A stretch of DNA of 64,000 bases from NCBI GenBank assembly GCA_951406725.2, contig OX597814.1, positions 35,712,001-35,776,000 of the forward strand, written 5' to 3'. Source of the DNA: Octopus vulgaris (Eukaryota). Made by a program: the position numbers and the translations under genes. The notes below the pieces were generated by a model. The model did not search any database. It saw nothing but the letters and a program-made list of their open reading frames with translations, and had not been told where the DNA came from. Below, in pieces: positions 53,363-64,000 of this stretch (its first letter is position 1; every line of letters starts with the position of its first letter).

Positions 53363-53680
53363 AAAAACATCAGAGATTCCCAAACATCAAAAGGGGTAGA
53401 TACAAATGAGGGTGTAAGTTTAACTGCATTGAAGAAAGTTCGATTCCTGGAGATCCGATGAAAGGTCTTGAACTTACAGAATTTGTGCATGACTGTATCC
53501 AAAATTTCTTCACATAACTTGATTAACAATTCACTATGAGCTATATATGGACATGCACAAATTCTGTAAGTTTAAGACCTTTCATCGGATCTCCAGGAAT
53601 CGAACTTTCTTCAATGCAGTTAAACTTACACCCTCATTTGTATCTACCCCTTTTGATGTTTGGGAATCTCTGATATTTTT

Positions 53681-53764
53681 TTGGCTGACGAGTATGAGCC
53701 ATCTATATTTACTGCATTTTTTGTAGCTTATTAAAGATGTCCTCGTACGAAACAATTGTACCGA
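53681..53764 (+). ncRNA. Type I hammerhead ribozyme (right arm)
   Basis: ttgg-CTGACGA-gtatgag...ctcgtac-GAAA-caattg-TA-ccga; palindromic ACAATTGT. Confidence 0.82.
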
Positions 53765-54861
53765 GATTTTAATCCATTCTTGTTGCTTTTTTCCTATATA
53801 TATATATATATATATATAAACACACACACACACAGATATATAAATAAATAAATGGAGTTTAACGCAGGTATAATTCAAATATTTTTACTTCCGACACATG
53901 TTTTGAAGATTTCACTGATATTATTCCAATGGAATAAATGGTGTACTACAATGTAATCTTCTCTTCAGGGAAGTGAAAAAATTCCATGTAAATCCGAAGT
54001 TTCTACCTTTAAAAACAAGGAGTTGCAACCTCTTTACTTGTGTAATTTTTTGCTATCCTGGTAACTATTTATCTATTTTTTCCATGTTGATTGTTAACAA
54101 GGGAAAAATACACTCATCTATATCTCTCTCTCTATATATATATTTGACAGAGGGAGTTAGAACACCTACAATGCTAGTGAGAATTATAGTCTTCCCTTTT
54201 GGTGATACATTGCTAAACAATGCATATATAAGTGTGTGTGTGTATGTATGACTATATATGTGTGTGTGTGTACCTCTTTGTATGTCTGTGTTTGTTCCCC
54301 CCACCATCACTTGACAACAGATGCTGGTGTGTTTATAGCCTTGTAACTTAGCAGTTCAGCAAAAGCTACCAACAGAATATGTACAAGGCTTATAAATAAT
54401 AAGTCCTGGGGCCAATTTGTTCAACTAAAGCAGTGCTCCAGTTTGGCCATAGTCAAATGACTGAAACAAATAGAAGAATAAAGAATAAAAGAATATATAT
54501 ATACATATCTTAAATTCTAACATTTTCTAACATGATTCTTATAGACAGTCAGCTAAGAAACCATCTTCTTTCACTCTATACATATATGCTACATGAACAT
54601 AATAATATCTCTTAATTCCTAGACAAGTGCATAAGACCAGCTCTCTTCACATTAAGTGAATGTAAAACAAATCTTTTTGATGTAATGACAAACTCTAGCA
54701 GGAAGCACTTCTAGATCATCTGGTAACTATACCTGTCATCAAAATGTGTTCAGAAATACACTAACATACTTATGGTGATTTTTTTGAACACACTATTTTG
54801 TCTGTAGCAAGATATATATGTTAGAACTCATTGAGTAAGAATACAGCCATGTGTCTAAAAG

Positions 54862-55080
54862 TACAACGGGGGTGGCTGGAAAGTTCTTGGTTTTAAGAGT
54901 ATTGCGAAAAGCCTGGCTGGAGGTCCACCCTTCCATGTTCTTTTACAGGACTTAGAAAAACTGAAAGACCATTGCAGTAAGCGTGTGAATCTGAGATGGG
55001 TACATGAATAAAATTATAATTAACTGATCCTCCTGTATTTTCTTTTATGCTAAGTCAGGAACCTTTTAGCACCTCCTTAT
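54862..55080 (+). mobile_element. Mariner-derived MITE (paralogue at 60526-60731)
   Basis: Imperfect TIRs (gctggaaagttcttgg/caggaaccttttagc); transposase C-terminus remnant GLEKLKD.C.KCVNLRG. Confidence 0.7.
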
Positions 55081-55574
55081 AAATGTTCTTATTCATATAA
55101 TAATATGAGGAATTTACAAAACAGTGTTTTGAATACAGATAAACCTGATTAAGAATGATGCATTGGCAAAGTAGAATAAGATCTGCTGAATATTTAAGAA
55201 ATGTTAGCTTGAAGATGGATGTTGTGTTAAGTTAGTTTTTATTATCAATTAACCAAGGTTCATTGATTGGCAGAATTGTTACAGTATAGAAAAAAAATAT
55301 TCATGGTATTCGTCCCATCTCTTTATATTGTGATTTCAAATCTTGTTGAAGTTAATTTTACCATTCTGTTTTCAGAGTGGATAATGTACTACTCAAGTAT
55401 TGGGGTTAAGGGTATTGACTAACATACTCCCCTCAAATTTCAGGCTTTCTGTGTATAGGGGAAAAATTATTAATTAATCAATTAATTGGTAGAATTGTTG
55501 ATGTGTTGGAAAAAAGGCATTGTGGTATTTGTTCTAGTCTAGTGACATTCTTGTTACATTTTAGTTATTTACAT

Positions 55575-55972
55575 ATGGCAGTGGGCAGAAACGTTAGCAT
55601 GCCGGGCGAAACGCTTAGTGGTATTTCGTCTGTCTATATGTTCTGTGTTCAAATTCTGCCAATGTCGACTTTGCTTTTCATCCTTTCGGGGTCGATTAAA
55701 TAAGTACCAGTTACGCACTGGGGTCGATATAATCGACTTAATTCGTTTGTTTGTCCTTGTTTGTCCTCTCTGTATTTAGCCCCTTGTGGGTAGTAAAGAA
55801 ATAGGTATTTCGTCTGTATTTATGTTCTGAGTTCAAATTCTGCCATGGTCGACTTTGCTTTTCCTCCTTTTGGTGTTGATAAGTTAAACACCAGTTGCCT
55901 ACTAGGGTCGATCTAATCAACTGGCCACCCCCCCAAAAAAAATTTCAGGCCTTGTGCCTAGAGTAGAAAAGA
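55575..55972 (+). mobile_element. SINE family C (dimeric)
   Basis: gttcaaattctgcc..gtcgactttgcttttc.tcctt...aagtaccagtt unit occurs twice. Confidence 0.75.
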
Positions 55973-56183
55973 TTATAGTTACATACATATAGAAAGATAT
56001 AGATGCCCAGATATGTATATATGAAGGCCAGCTGCAAAGCTCAAATGACACCAATCTGTTAAATATAGATAAATTAAAGTATTAATAAAGAGATATAATT
56101 GACTATAACCCCATCCCTTCAGATGTTCAACCTTGTGTCAGTGTAAGAAAGAATTATCATTACAACTATAAGATCTGATGGCA

Positions 56184-56310
56184 TAATACCCATGATCTTT
56201 GTAGATCCATAGTGTCTGGTGAGATCAACAAGGCTGATGTTGAATTTAATACCCATGATCTTTGTAGATCCATAGTGTCTGGTGAGATCAACGAGGCTGA
56301 TTTTGAATTT
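56184..56310 (+). repeat. 63-bp tandem duplication
   Basis: taatacccatgatctttgtagatccatagtgtctggtgagatcaac.aggctgat.ttgaattt x2. Confidence 0.95.
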
Positions 56311-56595
56311 GATCTTCTCTAAGTTGATATCTGTAGTTATGAAATGGATAGGAAGAAAATTCTAGAGAATAATAGCTCTACAGGAAAAATGATTAAGTGA
56401 AGTATTGAGGATCTAGAGGATCTAGAGGGTGGGGAACATTAAGAAAGCGGTGAGACAGATGCACTGAGTGTGGTGGATTACAAGCTGTAAAGCAGTTTGC
56501 TACTTCAGAGAAAGAGTAGACTATTAGGATAACTTAGAAAAGGTAGAAAAAAATAGAAAAAGAAGCATTTCATCAGTGAACCAGTGAATATGATA

Positions 56596-57161
56596 TTGGG
56601 TTGTCCGGAAAGTTCATGCTGATTTATAGTAGCTTACCTTTCGACTTATTTTAGAACATGGTTGAGTCCATAAAATAGGATTTGACTACACCTCCATTTA
56701 GAGCACAGTTTAAGCTATCTTTTCGTGGAAGAAGATTTATGTTCCTATAACCTGTGTTAATTCTGTTACCCTTTAAAATGGAAGATAAGAAAGTTCATTT
56801 TCGGCATTTGATGCTTTGGGAACCAGACAAAAATTACTGCAGCTCGGCTGGAATGTGTTACCCCACCCTCCATATTCACCAGATATTGCTCCTTCAGACT
56901 TCCACTTATTCAGGTCTCTGCAGAATAGTCTTAATGGTAAAAATTTCAATTCCTTGGATGACATAAAAAAATACCTTGATGAATTCTTTGCCATCAAACC
57001 ACCTCAATTCTGGGAAGAGAGTATTTTCAAGTTAAAGGAAAGATGGAGACGCATTGTGCAGCAAAATGGTTCATATTTAGTTGATTAAAAATGTAATGGC
57101 AAATATTTATTGACCATTTTCTTTCCTTTAAAAATCAGCACGAACTTTCCAGACAATCCAA
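56596..57161 (+). mobile_element. Mariner transposon with internal deletion
   Basis: TA|TTGGGTTGTCCGGAAAGTTC ... GAACTTTCCAGACAATCCAA|TA; N-terminus MEDKKVHFRH joined to C-terminus HPPYSPDIAPSDFHLF. Confidence 0.93.
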
Positions 57162-57189
57162 TACTATGTTGGAGAGTGATGTTTTGTTA

Positions 57190-57480
57190 ATCGTACCAGT
57201 GGTGCCTGACTGGCTCCTGTGCTGGTGGCATCTAAAAAGCACCATTTGAGCATAGTCAATGCCAGTATTACCTGACAGGCCCTCGTGCTGGTGGCACGTA
57301 AAAAGCACCTGCTACACTCTTGGAGTGGTTGGCATTAGGAAGGGCATCCAGCTGTAGAAACTTTGCCAGATTGGATTGGAGCCTGGTGCAGCCTTCTGGC
57401 TTGCCAACCCTCAGTTAAACCGTCCAACCCATGCCAGCATGGAAAGTGGACGATAAACGATGACAATGCCGATGGTGATG
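57190..57480 (+). mobile_element. RTE 3' UTR fragment
   Basis: Same UTR units and tail as the other copies; related unit array at 58220-58480. Confidence 0.8.
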
Positions 57481-59157
57481 ATTCAAAAGAATTACTTTGA
57501 GATTTGGTAAACAGAATTTTTCAGTAGTAGTTTACTATGACAAAAAATCCAAGAGAGAATATAGAACAACTAGGTATTGTTGTTGTTTCTGCTACAGTTA
57601 CCTTTGTTACCTCTGCCATTACCTGTGATGATGTCATTGTCACTGCTATTGCTACTGCCATCATTATTGTCGTCATCATCATCATTTTTATGTTCACTTT
57701 TTCCATTTTGGCATGGTGCTAACTTACTTTTGTTCAAGTAAGGTGCTTTTTTCCCCATGTCTTTACATACCAGTCTGTTGTGCTGTCAGACATTTCGTTT
57801 ATGTGGAACAAGAAAAATGGCAGTCCATGCAATGTCAATGTGAAATCTGGCCAAGATCCACATACACACCCAACCAAATGTACACTCATCTATATACAAA
57901 GTCCACCCCAACATTGTATAACATTTAATGTCTTTATGCACTGCATAAGTGTACCAAGGGATAGTCGGTCTGGTAAAGCCCAACCCTTGCTACCAGGATC
58001 ATTGAACCAAAAATTGTAAGTATGAGGAATAAGTGAAGTGAAATTATTCAGCTAGAAATTATGCACATGTAATAGTCTCACCTCTATTCTATAGTGATTA
58101 ACCGAGATTCTTGCTATATGAAGACAAAAGCTCACTCCAGATATATTTAAAACAGGAAATATATAAACAAGGGAGATAATATCAGCGGCCCAAATTTTTG
58201 GAAAAGAGACAGGGTAGTTAGTACCAGTGCTGTCTGACTAGCTCCCATGCTGATGGCATCTAAAACGTGCCATTCAAGCATGGTCAATGCCAGTGCCAGC
58301 TGACTGGTCCCATGCTGGTGGCACATAAAAAGCACAATTTGAGCGTGGTCGTTGCTAGTGCTGAATGACTGGCTCCCATGCTGGTGGCATGTAAAAAGCA
58401 CCATTCAAGCATGGTCAATGCCAGTACAACCTGACTGGCCCTCATGCCAGTGGTACATAAAAAGCACCCACTACACTCTCGTATCAAACTTATACATATC
58501 AAACTTATATCAAACTTTGATTTTTTTCTATCCAACCAGTCTGTTGTTTGCATGGCTGTTAGAACTGGACTCTGAAGCTTGCCTTACACAAGTTTCTGGA
58601 CAAATGCTGCACCAATGTGGTATGTTCAATACTTAACACAAAACAGATGGTATATGTTAGCAACAACCATCCTTAGAGAAGGCTAACAGGGTCAAATGAG
58701 GAAACAACAGTCAGGCAGCTATGGTTGGTCAGTCACTGTGAAAGGCACTGATAGTGCTCCGCCAGCTAGCTGGTGCTGTAGGATCCAACACATGAGTATC
58801 AAACGAATGGTTGTTCCACATCTAGATGGACTACAGAAAAATATTGAAGCAGAAACTCTTGGTAGGCTGGTAAGATATATGGACGACTGAGATGGTTGGA
58901 GAACCACTGGAGAATTCGTCTGAGGATGGCCTAAATATTAAATATTGTAATAAGGATTTTTAATTTTAGTACAACACCAGGAATTGTAAGTGGTTAGTTG
59001 ATGACACTGACCCTAGTACTTGATTAGCATTTTATTTTATCGACTCTGAAAAGATAACTGGCAAAGTTGACCTTGGCAGGATTTGCACTCAGAAAATTAA
59101 AGTGTCAGAAGAAATGCTACTATGCATTTTGTCCAATGTGCTAATGATTCTTCCCCC

Positions 59158-59261
59158 CACCCATCATCATCATCACCATCATCACTATCATTACCACCAC
59201 TGCCGCTGCCGCCACCATCACAGTCACCATCCCTCCCACCACCACCACCACCACTATCATT

Positions 59262-59292
<31 letters not shown>

Positions 59293-59385
59293 CCACCACC
59301 GCCACCACCACCACCACCACTAGCACCAGCACCACTATCATCATCATCATCATCATCATCACCATTATCATCACCACCACCAACA
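59158..59385. repeat. (CAT/CAC)n compound repeat
   Basis: Directly visible. Confidence 0.9.
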
Positions 59386-60372
59386 CTAATGCCACCTTTA
59401 AAGAAATTTGTGAATGCAAAAGACATGATTTGGTACTGAGAATTGCATCTGAACTTGGTTAATCAGGGAATTAATTCAGTCTCATGCTAAAGTGCATGCA
59501 TGCTAGTCTATAAAAATTTTAACTTGAAATTTTTAACGATGGTATTTTCTTCTCACCAACCATGTTTCATATATCCATTCCCTGCCAGATTCACCAATAG
59601 CCACTTTGTCTCATCCCTTCTTTTCCAAAATTACTATTTTCTGGAAACTCTAAAGCTGTCAATTTGCAACTGTCCAAGGGGGCATAGTAACTGCATTAAG
59701 AATCACTGGTCTCAAAGGTCTTTTGAAGACCATGGACACACCCACTTTCTCCAAAGCAAAACCAATAACGATAAATAAATAAATGACTAAATAAATAAGT
59801 AAAATAAGACCTACATCTGTTGAAAGAGTAAAGTTAATGTTCCAGCTATGAAAAGATATCTAGTTGTAACTTATTTACTCTTGTTTCAGATAATTCAATT
59901 ATTGTGTTATTAAGATAACAAATAAATGTCTGTAGTAGTTTGAGGACACAATAGATAATGTCTAGAGATTCACTTCACTTCTCACCAGGACTCTCATATA
60001 ATGATAAATAGGTCTACTAAACTCAGAGGATCTCTCATTGAATAGTTTCAGCCATTGATTAATTTCTGTCTCATAGTGTGAAGAGGAAGCAGGTGAGAGC
60101 TTTAAATTACAGGTAGCTTTCTCAGATGATTTGGTAACTTTATAGTTTGGGAAAAGTTGTCATCATTTGGCAATGGAAAATCACACCATTATGTTGAGAT
60201 GCAGGCATTGCTGCTAGATTAAAAAAAAAATTTGCTTTCCATCCACATGATTTTATGTTCAGTTCTATTGTGTGACACCTTGGGCTTCTACTACAGCCCC
60301 AGGCCAACCAAAGCTTTGTATGTGGATTTGGTAGATGGAAACAGAAAGAAGCCAATTGGAAAAGCAGACACA

Positions 60373-60488
<116 letters not shown>

Positions 60489-60525
60489 GCATGTATGAAT
60501 GTGTGTGTATGTTTCTGTATGTATA

Positions 60526-60731
60526 TACAAGTGGGTGCTGAAAAGCTCCTGGCTTTAAGGGTCTCATGAAAAGCCTTTCACAGGTTCTTTTACAGGGCTT
60601 AGAAAACCTGAAGGACCACTGCAATAAGTGTGTGAATCTGAGAGGGGAATATGTTGAATATGATAATAATTAACTGATCCTCCTGTATTTTCTTTTACAC
60701 AAAGCCACAAATTTTTCAGCACTCCCTCATA
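60526..60731 (+). mobile_element. Mariner-derived MITE
   Basis: gtgctgaaaag.../...tttttcagcac TIR; GLENLKDHCNKCVNLRGEYVE remnant. Confidence 0.72.
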
Positions 60732-61128
60732 TATACAGGTATAAATGTATGTTTATCTGGGCATATAATTGTATGAACGATTTCATATTTCGCTCATCGT
60801 GGGTGTTTGCTCTCTGATCGTAAACAATGGCTTTGCTGACTGTGTTGATTGCTTGCAGTTCACCACATGGTATTTCCAGGCTAGTGTGTGTGTATGTGTA
60901 TGTGTATATGTGTGGGCACATGCATATGTGTGTGCGTGTGTTTGTATGCTTGTGTAGGTTCTTGTGAATCACAGCTCAATAACTCCCTGTAACCTATAAG
61001 TTCACAAAAATATAGAATAAATACAACACTTTAAAAAAATGTCCTGGCATCAATTTGATCAACTAAAACCCCTTCAAGACCATCAAACCCTTGCATGTCT
61101 GCAGTCCAATGACTAAAACAAGTGAATA

Positions 61129-61468
61129 AACAAAAGCACTCAGAGAGTGTAAACCTCCACCAAGGCAACACCAATGTCCTCTCAAAAATTAGACAGAGAT
61201 AATTTTTAAAACGAGAATATCTGAAATAAACTTGACTGCTCTCAAAAATTAAGAAAAAAAAAAAAAAAAAAAATTATCTAGAATCCTTGTCTGGTACCAG
61301 ATTGATCCCAGAATCTAATCAATTTGCACTAGTCACGAGGCCAAACATCCATGAAAGTTCATTCAAATCCATCCAATGGTTCTTGAGATAACTTGTCCCT
61401 GGACAAGCAATCAAACAAACAAACATTACTGAAAACAATACCTCCACCTTCACTAAGGCAGAAGTAAT
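61129..61468 (+). mobile_element. Non-autonomous Helentron-associated (HINE/DINE-1-like) element
   Basis: Subterminal acctccaccaagg, (caaa)n tract, terminal hairpin acctccacctt-cact-aaggcagaagt. Confidence 0.55.
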
Positions 61469-61978
61469 AATGAATACTGCAGCGTGAGATAAACTATATC
61501 TGAATATATAGGATAGCTAGGGCTGAAATAGCACTGATCATAGTTATTCTCAGTCAGAGTTGACACTGGGGTTAAACAACAATATTAACAACATCATTGG
61601 AATTAACTTCATTTATGTGATTACTATCAACAATAATCACTGTTCTATGACACCAAGTAAAGATTCTATAAAAGAAAATCTTGCGATGTCTTGCAATGTA
61701 GCTTCAATTTCTAACTGAAGCTAATTCATTTCATCTTTTTTTTTCTATTTTTGCATCTTTTTTTTTTATTTTTGCTTTATATTCAGACAGGTTACTCACA
61801 ATATTCCCTTTTCTTTCTTCTATGCTGAATCCAAAATGAACCAATAAGTTTAACAGCAGCAAGTTTGCTTCCATTATCATCCTCAGATATTTTGACATCA
61901 GAAATTGAAAGAGTGAAGAACAGAAAAGAAGAAAGAGGAAATAAGATGAATGGGAACAAAGAATATAAAATGATACAG

Positions 61979-61979
61979 T

Positions 61980-62060
<81 letters not shown>

Positions 62061-62071
62061 CATACATACAT

Positions 62072-62104
<33 letters not shown>

Positions 62105-62247
62105 ATATATATATATATGTACATATGTATTTATATATACATATATATATATATACACACATATATATAAATAAATGAATATATATATATAGATACATAC
62201 ATATATAAATAGATACATACATATGTATATATATATAGATATATAGG

Positions 62248-62302
<55 letters not shown>
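61979..62302. repeat. (TA)n compound microsatellite
   Basis: Directly visible. Confidence 0.95.
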
Positions 62303-62305
<3 letters not shown>

Positions 62306-62809
62306 GTGAGAGAGAGAGGAGGGACAGGGAGGAAGGGAAAGAGATAGAAACTGAGAGAGAAGTGAGTCGAAAGTCAGAGAATAATGTGAAGAGAAAGCAA
62401 AGTTTAATATGGCTAAATAGAGTTAACCAACATCATGGTGAAGAGAAAATGCAATGTGAATGTAACAGTGACAGCGACAGAGATTAGGAGGGAAATGTAG
62501 GGAGAGTAAGAAGAAAAGGAGGAAAGAGATAAAGAAAATAAGGAAAGATATAATTAAAGAAAGAGAGAGAGAGGCAGAAAGAGAAGGTGAGAGATTGAGA
62601 GAGTGGCTGAGAGGGAGGGAAACTCAAAAAGGATAGAAGGTAATATGTGATAAATGAAGTGGAAAAGAAAGGTTATTAAGTGATATCTGAAATAAGAATC
62701 GGAATAAAAAGAGATAACATTGCATGATGGGAGAACAAGACAGAGAGATTAAGAGAAAGTTGGAGACAAAGGAGAGAAGGAAAATAAGGAAAGACTACAG
62801 AGAGAAAGA

Positions 62810-63132
62810 GATAGAGGAAGAATGAGAGAGAGAGTGAGAGTAAGGAAGAATGAGAGAGAGAGAGTAAGGAAGAATGAGAGAGTGAGAGAGAGAGAGCAAG
62901 GAAGAATGTGAGAGAGTGAGCAAGGAAGAATGAGAGAGAGAGTAAGGAAGAATGAGAGAGAGAGAGAGTAAGGAAGAATGAGAGAGAGCAAGGAAGAGTG
63001 AGAGAGAGAGCAAGGAAGACTGAAAGAGGGAGAGCAAGGAAGAGTGAGAGAGAGAGAGCAAGGAAGAATGAGAGAGAGAGAGCAAGGAAGAATGAAAGAA
63101 GGAGAGCAAGGAAGAATGTGAGAGAGTGAGAA
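62810..63132. repeat. Purine-rich minisatellite, unit ~g(c/t)aaggaagaatg(ag)n
   Basis: About a dozen units of 20-30 bp. Confidence 0.9.
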
Positions 63133-64000
63133 GATTTGGATTACTTAAAAATAAAATGTCTCAGCTAATGGAAGACAGAAATTGTTAAGATAGAAAGAAA
63201 ATGTATAAGAGATTAGAAAATGAGCGTTAATGAAATAGTTACAAAGATAAATAATAAAAGAAAATTTTCCTCAAGAAACACAAATATAACCAAGAATGAA
63301 ATAATTGCAAAGACAGAGAAGAAATATAATGAGAAGATTAAGTGTAAGAAAACTAATGAACGAAAATATCAAGCCATTAGCTGAAACCATTGCTTGATTA
63401 GGGTCTCATTGATATTATTGAAATTCTTACTGGTGTAGTAGAACATTTATTTAACTAATCAGTGTACATAGAGTAGCCAATTTGATATCTCTTTGTATTT
63501 CTCTTTTTTCTTTCTACTTTTTTTTCTTTTCTGTTTTGACATTTTAAATTTTTCTACTTTCTTTGGAGGGGAGAAACTTTAGAAAGCAAAAAAAAAAAAA
63601 AAAAAAAAGAAGACAGAAATAAAGTTAAATAATATTACAAGAAACCTGGAAACTGATTAATCACATTTGCACTTACACTAAATTAGAGTTCAGCAAAGAA
63701 TTATTACCGTTTTACATAGAAGTGATTTCTTTTTTTTTTTTTTTTTTGCTTTTTTCTGTTTATCTTTTTTTTTATATTTATTATTTTGTTGTTTTTTTTT
63801 CTTCATTAGTTATTTTGTTTTGGGTTTTGCTGTTATCTTTTTATTTTCAAAAACAAGTAACAAATAATATCTCCCGTAGCATTATGGTATTGTATAACAA
63901 TAAATATTTTTTTAATCAATTTTAAGCTAAGGAGATTTTCCTTGTTCAGGAAATAACACTCTTAGCATTCCAACACTTTAACCACAAAGCTACTGCCTTC

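Larger units (their letters stand above)
53246..53797. mobile_element. Foldback (inverted pLTR) element with ~246-bp arms, 60-bp loop and twin divergent hammerheads
   Basis: 53246-53491 is the near-perfect reverse complement of 53552-53797; (TA)n at 53085-53126 and 53796-53818. Confidence 0.9.

Noticed and set aside
58220-58480. Repeat-spacer-like array resembling CRISPR
   Set aside because: Units are RTE 3' UTR tandem repeats; the spacers are mutually similar, there are no cas genes, and the context is eukaryotic

Overview
AT-rich, repeat-saturated eukaryotic non-coding DNA (intergenic or large intron). The SINE/RTE families and (TA)n/(CA)n/(CAT)n density look like an octopus/cephalopod genome, which is an inference from repeat recognition. 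No host gene can be called with confidence, and nearly all short ORFs are microsatellite artefacts. All real coding remnants are transposon-derived: (1) a Neptune-like Penelope retroelement (PLE, 40042-44250) with coiled-coil ORF1 and RT + Cys-linker + GIY-YIG ORF2; (2) an internally deleted Helitron with a Pif1-type helicase (37475-39761); (3) RTE and CR1 LINE 3' fragments; (4) a deleted mariner; (5) several MITEs and many tRNA-derived SINEs. Main highlights: about nine type I hammerhead ribozyme (HHR) motifs with palindromic stem III, four of them as divergent twins in two long foldback elements at (TA)n tracts (15765-16215, 53246-53797); an in-register U UUU UUA -1 frameshift heptamer that would fuse PLE ORF1 to ORF2; and all four combinations of two SINE bodies x two tails. 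All structures were read by eye and not computed.
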